From assembly GCF_001194135.2 (NCBI RefSeq), contig NC_068984.1, forward strand, positions 60,017,629-60,059,654: DNA of 42,026 bases, in the 5' to 3' direction. Below are positions 23,586 to 35,369 of the stretch, piece by piece (the stretch's first letter is position 1; every line of letters begins with the position of its first letter). The translations under genes were made by a program, and so were the position numbers. The notes below the pieces were generated by a model. That model was not told the DNA's origin and did not search any database. It saw only the letters and a list, made by a program, of their open reading frames with translations. Source of the DNA: Octopus bimaculoides. Taxonomy: Eukaryota.

Positions 23586-23957
23586 ATATATTATTCAATG
23601 GAATTCCAAATCTGTCTGTTTATGTTTTATTTATATTCTTATAATATTAATGTAGGATATAGAATATATAATATATTCAGTATAATGAAATGAAATATTG
23701 ATTGTCTTATTGAATAAATGAAATATTGAATATTAAATATTAAGTATTAAATATTAAGGGACTAGTATACTTTCTTGCATTTTAGCAGTCTTCAAGGTCC
23801 CATGCTGTGACACGAGTGTTGTCAACACACCTGTCACAGTGTGGGACCTTGAAGTGTTGTCAACACTCCTGTCACAGCGTAGGACCTTTATATCCTACAT
23901 TAATATTATAAGAATATAAATAAAACATAAAAAACAGACAGATTTGGAATTCCTTTG

Positions 23958-23967
<10 letters not shown>
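23586..23967. mobile_element. Unclassified young foldback/MITE-like element with ~76-bp near-perfect TIRs
   Basis: 23586-23661 versus 23889-23967: one substitution plus a 3-nt indel. There is a nested hairpin inside. Confidence 0.88.
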
Positions 23968-23997
<30 letters not shown>

Positions 23998-24230
23998 GTA
24001 TATATTTCAATATGGAGCAAATAATTCAGGAGAAAATATTTGCAAAGATATTATTGACTCTATTATTATTTAGTGTAACAATTAAAAACGATAATAACAG
24101 AATCAGTAATATAGGCAATTGCAGGCCTAAAATAGCTGAAGGATTAAAATTAATCAAAGGACATACTAAGTATGTCCTTTAATTAATTGTGAATGTTAAA
24201 TGATGGTGATGATGATGATACAGTAATGCC

Positions 24231-24338
24231 ATGGTGTTCAATTGGAAATCCGTGGAGGTGGGTCGTGTGGCCTACATCGGGAAAGGTGTAGATTCTGGGA
24301 AATTGTGCATCATTAACAACATTATTAACCAAAACAGA
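24231..24338 (+). pseudogene. RPL14: Isolated N-terminal fragment of 60S ribosomal protein eL14 (L14)
   Basis: gccATGg start. [36 protein letters not shown] resembles eL14 [35 protein letters not shown]. It is followed by GT and an in-frame stop at 24348. No downstream eL14 sequence was found in the window. Confidence 0.8.
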
Positions 24339-24345
24339 GTATATA

Positions 24346-24620
24346 TATAGGCACAAGCATGGGCATGTGGTGAAGAAGTTAGCTTTCAGTATCGCATAGT
24401 TAAAGGTTCAGTCCCACTGCATAGGGATACTATTGGCTGGTGTCCTCTACTATAACAATGGGTTGACTTAATCAATATCTTGTGAGTGAAACTGGCAAAT
24501 GGACACTGGAAGGAATTTACTCTGTATGCATGTGTCTGAGTTTTCATGTTTCCATATCTTTGAGTGTGTGTGTGACTGAGTTCATATTCTCCCTTGTTTT
24601 GACACATATGCACTGATTGT
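24346..24620 (+). mobile_element. Decayed SINE family A abutting the RPL14 fragment
   Basis: taggcacaagcatggg..gtggtgaagaag...ggttcagtcccactgc...gtgtcctctactata. Confidence 0.75.
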
Positions 24621-24734
24621 AAATAAATGCTTCACAGTACATGCTAATGGTGTCGTTTGTTATCAGTCCTCTACAGAAGCATTCTCAGGTTGTTTACTGT
24701 TCAGTAGACAGGAGTCTTATTGATAAAACAGGTA

Positions 24735-25250
24735 AAAGTTTGCATCAGGAAAGGAGCTAGCTATAGAAAATTCTGCTCCCAAAAAAGTCTCATCTGACTC
24801 ATGCAAGCATGGAAAAGTGGATATTTAAATGCTGATGATGACAGTGATGAGGATGATGTGTACACATGCACATACACAAACTTTCTCTCTTACACATAGA
24901 CACAGACAGACAGACACACACACACACACCCCACTGCATGGCACCTTGGGCAAGTGGCTTCCACTATAGTGGATCAACCAAAACCTTGCAAGTAGATTTG
25001 ACACATGGAGCTGAAAGAAGCCATTTGTATATGTATGTATATATGTATATGTGTGTGTGTGTATGTTACTGTCTCTTTTACTTCATGTGATAGTTTTAAC
25101 ATGTCTGGTCATGGAGAACGTTAACTTGTTTGGGAATAGGTGAGGGTGTTAAGAGAAAGGGTGTTCAACTGTAGAAAATCTACCTCAATAACTTCCATTC
25201 GACTTGTGCGAGCATGGAAAAGTGGATGTTAAATAATGGTGATGATGATG
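24735..25250 (+). mobile_element. Cluster of decayed family B 3' ends and a family A fragment
   Basis: gcatggaaaagtggat..ttaaat..tgatgatg occurs near 24810 and 25215. ggcaccttgggcaagt...aaaccttgcaagtagattt occurs near 24940. Confidence 0.7.
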
Positions 25251-25272
25251 CTGATACAAATACATACATACA

Positions 25273-25303
<31 letters not shown>

Positions 25304-25412
25304 GTTCACATAGACATTCACAAACACATATACAAAACATGCACAACCTTACATATTACTGCGAAGAGTTGAAAGATGAAACTTGAGTTCAATAATCAGA
25401 TGTATGTGTGTA

Positions 25413-25464
<52 letters not shown>

Positions 25465-25819
25465 CACATGTACACATACACACACATGTGCACATACACA
25501 CACACACACATGCACACATATATAGTAGGCAGATGCATACACAGTGAACAAAAGGGAAATTTTGTAGTCAGAATATAATTTAATAAAAATATCCAACCAG
25601 TGATATGTCCAATAGAGTAAACTCAATCAAATTTATTGATTTTCCTATCCATTTTGTTGAAAATTCATTACTGTTTTTTGGTTTTTCGTTCTTTTCTCCA
25701 AAACATAAAATTATTATTCTTCATTGATGCCTGTTGCCTCTTGATTTTCCACTCTCCATTTGTCTACTTTTCTACATTCCATCATGTTCTTTATATATTT
25801 TCCCAGGTATTTCTTTGGC

Positions 25820-26061
25820 TTCCTTCATTTTTTCTTTGTTTGTTTTTTTCTTTCACTCTTTCTTTCACTCTTTCTGTTTTCTTTCTTTCTTTCATTTGCT
25901 TTTTCTTTCTTTCTTTCTTTCTTTCTTTTACTCTTTCTTTCTTTTGCTTTCTTTTCTTTCTTTTACTCTTTCTTTCTTTTGCTTTCTTTTCTTTCTTTCT
26001 TTCTTTCTTTCTTTCTTTCATTTGCTTTTTCTTTCTTTCTTTCTTTCTTTCTTTCATTCTT

Positions 26062-26099
<38 letters not shown>

Positions 26100-26233
26100 G
26101 CTCTTTCTTTCTTTCTTTTGCTCTTTCTTTCTTTCTTTTGCTCTTTCTTTCTTTCTTTTACTCTTTCTTTCTTTCTTTTGCTCTTTCTTTCTTTCTTTCT
26201 TTCATTTGCTTTTTCTTTCTTTCTTTCATTCTT

Positions 26234-26268
<35 letters not shown>

Positions 26269-26307
26269 TGCTCTTTCTTTCTTTCTTTCTTTCTTTCATT
26301 TGCTTTT

Positions 26308-26347
<40 letters not shown>

Positions 26348-26349
26348 TC
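25820..26349. repeat. Large compound (CTTT)n microsatellite
   Basis: CTTT units punctuated by recurring cttttgct, catttgct and ttact variants. Confidence 0.97.
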
Positions 26350-26583
26350 NNNNNNNNNNNNNNNNNNNNNNNNNNNNNNNNNNNNNNNNNNNNNNNNNNN
26401 NNNNNNNNNNNNNNNNNNNNNNNNNNNNNNNNNNNNNNNNNNNNNNNNNNNNNNNNNNNNNNNNNNNNNNNNNNNNNNNNNNNNNNNNNNNNNNNNNNNN
26501 ACAATTGGAAAGGTCATGTTGTTGTCATCATCATCATCATCACCATGCTGCTGCTGCTACTACTACTACTACTACTACTACTG

Positions 26584-26618
<35 letters not shown>

Positions 26619-26669
26619 CATAGATCATTAATGTAAAAAGTTAGAAATCATTGTGATTGTAATGTTTTC

Positions 26670-26704
<35 letters not shown>

Positions 26705-28123
26705 GACATTTCATGTTATTGTCTTTTGCACCTCCGGATGCACTTTTACATTTCTGTGGTGTATGTCTGTAGCACTGTCTTTCAAATGGTGTAGTATTGT
26801 GCTTGTATCACTATATCTGTTCTGCTTTATTTTGAGATGTATTTTGTCGTTTGCAGTTTTCTATTTTAGTATTTCATATGTTTTTCATCTCAATCTTTTA
26901 CTTGTTTCTGTCATTGGACTGTGGACCATACTGGAGCCCCACCTTAATTTGCATGCATTATCTCAGTTGTGTAACATGCTTTAGTTACACAACTGGTGAG
27001 ACAGCTCCAGTTGTCTTGACATGAAACATTGTTTATTAAGTGTCATCCAATCAGTGGACACAATTCTATCATGTGACATTTTTCATTCCCACACCATTTA
27101 TTATTTAAGCTTACTTCGATTCATCTGAGGGGACACTTTATTGACTTTACCTGGTGATGTAAGATATACATTGACTCATTGTAGTGGATTTACTCTTTCC
27201 ACTGTAGCATGCTTACTGTGATACAGACGGTTCATTTTGCATTGTGAACGATTGAAGTTACAGCTCACCATTTTGTACTTCAGTTTGGAATTGTTGCAAT
27301 GTTTTCTTCATTCATTTATCATCTCAGCACAATATCATTATTTGTCTTACGTTATAACATCTGGTAATGTTTGTTTTGTTTGCATTGTTAGGAAGCATGG
27401 TGGTGGTGGCCATTTGGTTGAACTACCAAAACATTAGACAAAGCCTTGCAACATTTGACCCAGCTCTTTTACATTCTAAGTTCAAGTTCTCCCAAAGCTC
27501 AACTATGCCCATCATAATACCATATCAAGTACTTGGGTCAGTTCTTCTCCCCACTTTCACAATTAACTGTGCTGTACTGTGAAAAGAATATGAGGGGGAA
27601 CCCCTCACAGTATTCCTTTCCTCCATGACAATCACTTCCACTCTATGTCAGAGGATGACTGTAGTATGATGATGATAATGATGATGATAATGATGATGAT
27701 AATGATGTCATGGTGGTGGTGGTGGTGGCAGTGCTGCTGCTGTATGAGCTTGTTTACCTTATTCTCTGGCATACAAGTTATTGTATATGGTATAAATATG
27801 TAGTGTAAACATTCAAATCTTACCAAATCCTGCTGTATTTCGCATGGAATTTTAAGACCTCCAACGTTGTCTTGGTGTATAAGCCAACCTAGTATGTGTT
27901 GTTTTTAATGTCAGCTGGTGACTGCACAGAGTATGTGTACCTTGATTGTTAAATAATTAAATAATTGGGCACACAGTTTTGTAAAATCCGAGTTGATGGT
28001 AAAATGTGGGATGTAGTGTAGAACTGGGTGTTGATCATATAAGAGTATATATTGTGTTATATTATTGGGTGCTGATTCTGTAGAGTATTTATTTAATGTA
28101 TATAAATTATTCCTATTGAATTG

Positions 28124-28493
28124 GGTTTCCTGTAGGTTGTGGGCTGTGCCTAACAAGTTCACTATTTTGGCCAACATTGAGTTGTGAGCTTTGGTATGGT
28201 TTTTATGTTTTTGTTCTTGTTTTACTTCATCACTCCTAGTTCTGGAACCATTATTGGTAATGGTCCAACTTTCATGCTGAACATTTTGCTTATTTCCATG
28301 TCAAGATCTTTGTACTTTGATCTTTGTACTTTGACAGTTTCTCAACATCCTTCAGGACAATAATTTGGTCAGAAGTTATAGAGATTACTTTCAGATTAAA
28401 GAGATTTTCATTCAAGTCCTTCACAATTATGTCTTAATGGGTTGTCATGATCACTTTGTTTGTCTGGACAGGCATGTTCCAGATTATTGTGGT
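28124..28493 (-). mobile_element. R4/Dong-like non-LTR retrotransposon C-terminal restriction-enzyme-like endonuclease remnant
   Basis: TIIWNMPVQTNKVI...*DIIVKD...KDVEKLSKYKD(L)DMEISKMFSMK..PIMVPELG...KIVNLLGTAHNL matches the REL consensus ILWD.P+QTD...RPDI++.D...EK+.KY.DL..E+.R+W...P+V+GALG...QK..LLGTA.IL. A 14-bp tandem duplication at 28305-28332 frameshifts the KYKDL motif. Confidence 0.85.
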
Positions 28494-28974
28494 CAGATAA
28501 TTGGCACCTATTAATATCAATTAATTAGCATTAGGTGTTTTTTAGCACTACATATCTATAAGAGATGCTTTCTCAAGATGAATATCACAGTTTCAAGGAT
28601 GAGTTAAGTATGCCATACAGAATGCTCTTCTTAGCTAATACTGCTTCTGTTGTTCATAACAGATTTTTATCTGCTGGCAAATTGTGATACTGCTGTTTGT
28701 TAATAACTGTCTTTCTATATCAGTAAAGGCTAACTTTGTCATAGCTAGTGGATGCCTGCTACTGATGATTCTCAAAAAACCCAAAACTCTCAGAAACATG
28801 TACTTAACAATCCTACTAGACACTTTTTGTCTGCTACTGATATATATCTGTATTTTTTAACACTATCTGTCCATGCAAGATACCTTCTCAGGACAAACAC
28901 AGTTTCAAGAATTATTGCAGTATATCTGAGATAAACATGAGACAGAATGTTATTAGTAGTAATAGTTAGGAGTA

Positions 28975-29150
28975 GTGGAATGGCAGAATTAGTAATGCAT
29001 TAAACGAATGACCTTGTGAGATTTAGCCATGGCTCTTTATATTCTGAGTTCAAATTGTACTGAGAGCAACTTCGTTTTTCATCATTCTGGCAGTTGATTA
29101 CAATAAAGTGCCCATAAAGTACTGGTGTTAATTTAATCAATTTAACTCTT
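28975..29150 (+). mobile_element. Decayed SINE (family D; also minus strand at 38270-38480)
   Basis: ggcagaattag...ttctgagttcaaatt...tttcatc.tt...gat.aaataaagt shared between the two copies. Confidence 0.6.
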
Positions 29151-29949
29151 CAAAATTTTTTTGCTTTCTGCCTGTTAGAAACTAAAAGTATTAGTAGCAG
29201 TAGTAGTAGTAGAGGTGCTGGTAGCAGTAGCAGTAATAAAGCAGCACTGTTGTGGCAGGGAAAAAACAACAACAATAACAGTTATTACAAATCCACCAAA
29301 CTTTTTGTAGTTTCTCATATTTGAATAGCAGCGAATAGTCTGCGATTCCAGAGGAACCAAAAACTGTGGAATTACAGCAATGGTGGTTAATTGGAACAAT
29401 TCGTTTGTTTATTTGTTTATTTATTGATTTTTGTTTATTTGTTTGTTTGCTGTTGACTGTCAGTTCCAATCCTTTCCTGCCCCCATCGTAAGCCTCTTTC
29501 CTCTCACCTTCTCCAACCCTTACCACTGTTTTTTTGTTTGTTTTTGTTTTATTGTTTTTGTTTTATTGTTTTTTTTTATACCTGGCTCGTTCATTCAGTA
29601 CAGGTGCAATACAGACAAATAATGCACACTTGCCAAAAAACAAATCAATAAATAGATAAATAAAAAAAGAAATAGATAATATAAAACAATTAAAAAATAC
29701 ATAAATATACAATAAATAAATAACGACAACAAAGTAGAATAATAAATACTTACATAAAATATAAATAAAAATGTGAATGAGTGTCTAAATTAAATAAAAG
29801 AAACAGAACAAAATAATACACAAATTAATATAATAAATGCATAAATAAAATAAATAAATAAATAACCACCTTATATTTTTGTGCGTAATTCTTTTCTCTC
29901 TGATTAATAAATAACCTGTATAGTTGTGTAAATTATATCAGATTATGCA

Positions 29950-30347
29950 GTTTTTCCCTTCTTTCTTTGTCCTTCCCTCTCTTTGTGTTCTTCTCTCTGT
30001 CTTCACCTTTGTTTCTGTCTTTCTCTCTTTCTTTCTTCATCTCTGTCTCTTTTCCTCTGTCTTTTTACTTTATGTATATTTGTCTCTGTCTTTGTCAGTC
30101 TCTCTCTGTCTGTCTGCCTGTCTATTTTTTCTTCTCTCACATTATTTGTGACTCTCTTTCTCTCTCTTTAACTTTGATTCTCTCTTTTCTTTTTTCTTTT
30201 CTTTTTCTGTCTGTTCTTTGTCTCTTTCTGCCTGTCTCTGCCTATCTGTCTGCTGATGTCTGTCAGTTTGTCTTTTTCTGTCAGACTGTCTGTTTGTCTA
30301 AATCTGTGTATCTGTTGTTATCACTATGTCTCTCCCTTTCCCTCACT

Positions 30348-30405
<58 letters not shown>

Positions 30406-30415
30406 ACACACACGC
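29950..30415. repeat. CT-rich low-complexity tract ending in (CT)n(CA)n
   Basis: Direct inspection; source of the Ser/Leu/Phe ORFs. Confidence 0.9.
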
Positions 30416-30629
30416 ACACACATTTGCTTATCAGAGTTAGATTAATTCTCAATTCATATTCATACTTGCAAATGTGTGGAGTTCTCTGTATAATTCATTA
30501 TCAATTATAACAGTAATGAATGAATGTTTGGTGATTAATCTGTTAGTTTATGTCATAATCTCCAAGAATGCTCACAGCACCAACTTTTGGTCATATCTTT
30601 GATGATAATGCTATTGGTGATGTTAATCA

Positions 30630-30960
30630 TTATCATTATCATCATTGTTTAATGTCCGCCTTCCTTGCTGGCATGAGTTGGTTAGTTTAACAGGAGCTGG
30701 TCAGACAGAAGATTGCACCAGGCTTCTGTGTCTGTTTTGGCATGGTTTTTACAGCTGGATGCCTTTCCTAACACTAACCAACCTGCAGAGTGGACTGAGT
30801 GCTTTTTATGTGGCACTAGCACAGGCAGGATCAATTTTTGCATGGTTTTTAACAGTTGGATGCCCTTCCAAATGCCAACCACTTTACAGTATGGGCTGGA
30901 TGCTTTTTACATGGTACCAGCACTGGCAGGGTCACGAAGTGACTTGCAAGACAAGGAAAC
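30630..30960 (-). mobile_element. Retroposon family B with repeated internal module
   Basis: tttaatgtccgccttcc.tgctggcatg..., then ttttggcatggtttttacagctggatgc at about 30735 and again at about 30838. Confidence 0.8.
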
Positions 30961-31279
30961 TTTGAAAGGGGAGGAGGCATTGGAGGAGGTGGTCTTTTTC
31001 AGATGATGAAAGGTTAAAGAGTAACAGAGAGAGAGAGAGAGAGAGAATCTCATGTAAATGTTTCCTAATTGCTTTGAGAGCTGTTGGTCAGCTCTGGTTT
31101 CAGGTTATGCAATATCCATTTCTTTGAAATTTGCTGGTTAGTCCCAGTTTTAGGTGGTCCAGTACCCATTTCTTTGAAAGTTTTTTTAAAATTTTATATA
31201 ATTTTGTCTTTAACAAGACTTGACACCACTGTAGCTTAAGTAACTACAAAGAATAGAAAGGAGGGGCCTACAAATTTGA

Positions 31280-31723
31280 CCCTTTAGCAATAAACTGCCC
31301 ACATCTGGTCAATAGCTTTGAAATATGTTTATTATTTCTGTAATCCATCCAACACTTGCTGAATGACATTGAGATTTCAGACAAATTAAGAGTAAAAAAA
31401 TTTTTTTTAATCTGTCTTTGAGTATGGTGGCATTTATCAGAAAGTGAGGTAACTTATTTCTCAGTGAGGAAAGGTTCCTTAAAAGGTCCTTTCAGAATGT
31501 TCTTGTCTACCCTTGTCTATTAGTATTTTTGAGATATCCGGCCAAAATATTCTACCTCTTCAAACTGGTTACATCTGGCTTGCACATGTAACCTACAGTT
31601 TCATTCCAAAAATAAACCCCCATATCATCGAAATCTTGAGGCTATGAGGTGATGCATACTTAATTCATAACAATGTGAATAAATAAGCATTACATTTGAC
31701 AGAATAACTTGAATGCTAAAGAG
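31280..31723 (-). mobile_element. piggyBac-type MITE interrupted by a ~225-bp insert
   Basis: ttga|CCCTTTAGCAAT...AATGCTAAAGAG|ttaa. 31538-31723 is the reverse complement of the MITE body at 39724-40163. Confidence 0.75.
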
Positions 31724-32004
31724 TTAATAGATGTTAATTGATAGAAAGCTTAAAGGACTGAATATTATAGAGGAGAGGAAAACAAGATGATGGTTGTGAG
31801 TGCCTTAGCACAGCAGTATGAGGGAAGAAACTATTAGAATTCTGGGAAGAGGGTATTTTCAAGTTAAAGGAAAGATGGAGATGCATTGTGCAACAAAATG
31901 GTTCATATTTGGTTGATTAAAAATGTAATGGCAAATATTTATTGACCTTTTTCTTTCCTTTAAAAATTGGCACAAACTTTCCGGACAGCCCAATTCATAT
32001 ATTG

Positions 32005-32180
32005 TATAAAAAGCATCCAGTTCACTCTGTAAAGTGGTTGGTATTAGGAAGGGCATCCTGCTGTAAAAACCATGCCAAAACAGACAGTGGAACTTGGTGC
32101 AGTCCTATGGCTTGTCAGCTCCTGTCGAACCATCCAACCCATGCCACCATGGAAGATGGATGTTTGGTGATGATGATGAT
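32005..32180 (+). mobile_element. Retroposon family B, 3' part
   Basis: cactctgtaaagtggttggtattaggaagggcatcc...catccaacccatgcca...(GAT)n. Confidence 0.85.
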
Positions 32181-32496
32181 TACTGTGTCCTACAGGGAAA
32201 TTATGTACCCCTCTATCAGTTTTGACAATGGGCATTCACTTGTTCAGTCAACAGAACTACATACTCATGAAATTAAACTGTAAGTGGTTGAGTATTCCAC
32301 AGATATGTCTCCCCTGAATGTAATTTTCCAGATGGAATCAGTGTGATTCAGTGGTATGAGGAGGTTGAACTTTTGAATTACAGGTATAGCCTATCAGATG
32401 GACTACAATTTTATGATCCTGGGTTGTGTACAACACCCTAATCACTAAGTCACATACCTCTGCAAAATATTAATATAATCATATGTAAAGTAATAC

Positions 32497-32640
32497 AGAT
32501 TCCCTCTACTCAGTATCATTTACAAAGCTTGTGTTGATCTGAGGCTGTGGTGAAAGATACTTGGCCAAGACACCATACAACAGGAATGAACATGGGACTG
32601 CATGGCTATGAAGCAAACTTCTTAATTGCTTAGCCATGCT
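32497..32640 (-). mobile_element. Decayed SINE family A head
   Basis: acaaagcttgtgttgatctgaggctgtggtgaaagatacttggccaag...gcaaacttcttaa..gccatgc. Confidence 0.6.
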
Positions 32641-32988
32641 TTTGTTCATGCACAAAAATAATCACTTCTGATAAAATCTTTGGTTTGTGTGTTGGTACTC
32701 ACATAAACCAATGGTAAGCACTAGTCTAGTGTTTCATGGTGCTCTATGAAGGAGAGGTTACTTATACTATTGACTGACTGCTGTGTTAGTATTCTCATAT
32801 GTTGCTAATGTATTTAAGTTGCTTGTAGAGTGGTGGATGGACATACAGTTTCAGCTCATTCCTAGGTCAAACCGGTCTTGGTCTTCGACCTGAATTTTTC
32901 ACCACATATGTTGTCTAAGTAGGCATCTGAGCTGAAGTTAGGATTTTCCTTTGTTTTGCTATGTAGTTGTTCATTGTATGCATATGTA

Positions 32989-33035
<47 letters not shown>

Positions 33036-33619
33036 ATAGCTGAGAGTGTTCACTTTTTGAATGGTTTTATTGTGCATTGATATTTTTGCTGGAGTATGTA
33101 TGTATTTTTGTATGTAGATAGGTATGTATATATTTCAAGGGACAGTGAATAATAGACAAACACAAAGAGACAAACACTTATAGACAAGAGAGTCGGTGGA
33201 GTGGGTGTGAGTGTAACTGTGGTGGGGTGGAGTGGAATGGTAAAAAAAAGGTGACTATAAAGTATTGATAAATGATACAGTATTATGAACAGATTTATTC
33301 TAGATAACAGTTAGAATAGCTGTTGACAGAAGATAGATCAAAGTGAACTAACACCATTGAAGGAGAGTTGTCTGGCTGCTGTTCTATAAATTATTCATCT
33401 CATTGAAACATTAGTCCTTAGAGAAGAACAGCTATCAGTTTCATTTACCATCATTTGATTCCACCAATCTTTACATACATAAATGATGGCTGTCAGCTTA
33501 GTCATCGTTTAGTATATGTTAGGTTTATGGAGAACTAAATCCTAGACATGGGTTTTCAATTTGTGCTTGTGGCTGTTTTAATTTATGTATAAGTCGTTGT
33601 TATCGGTGGTGACAGGATT

Positions 33620-34600
33620 AACTCGTATCTGTGTAGTTAATCTGTAGTGAGTGATTGAGCATCATGCTGATGGGTGTGAAGAGTGCTGGTGCCTGAGATG
33701 GCTGTTCATGCCTAAGGCAGCATAGAAAAACTGGGGGAGGGGCATTTATCGAAGGGGTGGGTTGGTGTGAGTTGCTCTTTGCATCTTCATCTGATCTCTG
33801 CCACTTGACGTCTGTTATCTTCCATCTTGTCCATTTCCATGATGATGGCATGCTGCCACTTTGGGTGGTCCTTGGTAAAAGAGAAATGATAAATGAACAA
33901 ACATGTATAGTTCCATAAGGTTGCCAATGGAAGAGGGATATTTCTCATGGACCCTCTCAGAGTAGTAAGGCTGATTGTGGTCAGTGTTGTTGATGCTGAG
34001 CCTAAACATCTACAGTTCAATGTTGCAGGAAAAACATTGGGAAAGAAACAATGCTGGGGTTCTGAATTCTTGCAAAAGATTGAAATCTGCTAAAGGTACC
34101 TGGGTACAAATCATATACAATTTTTTCATTTAGTAACAAAATTCTGTAGATCATAGAAGGTAACCTCCCACTAAAGCCTAAAGCATTATTGGTTGTGGGT
34201 TTCCAATGGAGCCAATCATTGGTTCACTGCATTTCTGGTGGTAAGGGTGACAATGGAGTATTTTGCAATGCTGTGGTCTTCGTTCAAGGAAACCCTAGTT
34301 TTTCTTTGTCATGTATATCCTTCAATTTTATTTCAATTCATAATTGTAGATATTCTTTCTCTTGTTTTGTGACCAATTTCTTTAAGGATATTACCCAACA
34401 ACAAAAAACTCTCACCAATGCTGCAAGGAATCTCTTTTTCTTTCTCTGCTAAACATCTTCAAGCTTATATTTATCAAAATAAGACAACTGGAAAATCAAC
34501 CATTCCTTAATGAGGTACTCTGACAACTCATTGTTCATAAGCTGATGCCTTATTAAAAAATATTGCATAATGGCAATGAGAATAAGGTCCCGAATGATAG
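33620..34600 (-). mobile_element. Probable Gypsy-type LTR retrotransposon gag(-pro) remnant
   Basis: One long minus frame with stops: WLIFQLSYF..KKRFLAAL..EYLQL*..LQNTPLSPLPPEMQ..FSGRLPSMIYRIL, paralleling the Gypsy gag pattern WF.Q.E..F..K+..++A.L..Y..LK..LGD.KPS.LL..MQ..FLQRLP..+R.+L. No LTRs were seen. Confidence 0.45.
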
Positions 34601-34827
34601 ACTAGATGGCTGCAAGTTCAAACTTTATTTCATGATCTATATAGTGTCTATGGGGAAGGCAGTTAACTCAGTGCATCTCAATCTGCATGACTAACAACAG
34701 AGTTTTCTACTTTCTAGTTGCTCTGGACTGCAGCCATGCTGGAGCACCACTATGACATGCTTAGTTGAACAAATCAATCTTACTTATTTTGTTTTAAAAT
34801 CAGATATTATTAAAAATGTTTTTTGCA

Positions 34828-34963
34828 GGAGTGACTGTGTGGTAAGTAGCTTGCTTACCTGCCACATAGGGTGGCACCTTGGGCAAGTGTCTTCTACTGT
34901 AGCCTTGGGCCGACCAAAGCCTTGTGAGTGGATTTAGTTGACAGGAACTGAAAGAAGCTTGTC

Positions 34964-35019
<56 letters not shown>

Positions 35020-35265
35020 ATGCAAATTTGTGTGTGTGTCTGTGTTTGTCCCCGATGTTGGTGTGTTTATGTCTCTGTAACTTAGCAGTTCAGCAAAAGA
35101 GACTGATAGAATAAGTACTAGGTGTGTTTATGTCCCTGTGACTTAGTGGTTCAGCAAAAGAAACTGATAGAATAAGTCCTGGGATTGATTTGTTTGACTA
35201 AAGGCGGTGCTCCAGCATGGCTGCAGTGAAATGACTGAAACAAATAAAAGAATAAAAGAAAGAAT
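34828..35265 (+). mobile_element. SINE family A with central (GT)n and a 61-bp internal tandem duplication
   Basis: Head at 34828. 35060-35116 is repeated at 35121-35177. Tail gactgaaacaaataaaagaataaa. Confidence 0.88.
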
Positions 35266-35369
35266 CACTAAATCATGGGGATGTAAACAAACCAATACCA
35301 GGTGTCAAGTGGGTACAAGTGGTGGGGAGCAATCACAAAGGTACAACACGAACACATCCACCTCCTGCA

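Noticed and set aside
25636-26636. 290-330 aa Phe/Ser/Leu-rich 'membrane protein' ORFs and the Lys/Glu/Arg antisense ORFs
   Set aside because: All frames of (CTTT)n lack stops; there is no coding signal.
27100-27420. Tc1-like SDESK (minus) and KHGGG (plus) peptides
   Set aside because: They lie on opposite strands, are short, and KHGGG comes from a GGT repeat.
27830-27900. GGLKIP resembling a non-LTR RT thumb motif
   Set aside because: It lies 3' of the REL domain, where RT sequence cannot be; coincidence.
28763-28803. CTGATGA...GAAACATGTA with palindromic ACATGT
   Set aside because: Stems I and II do not pair.
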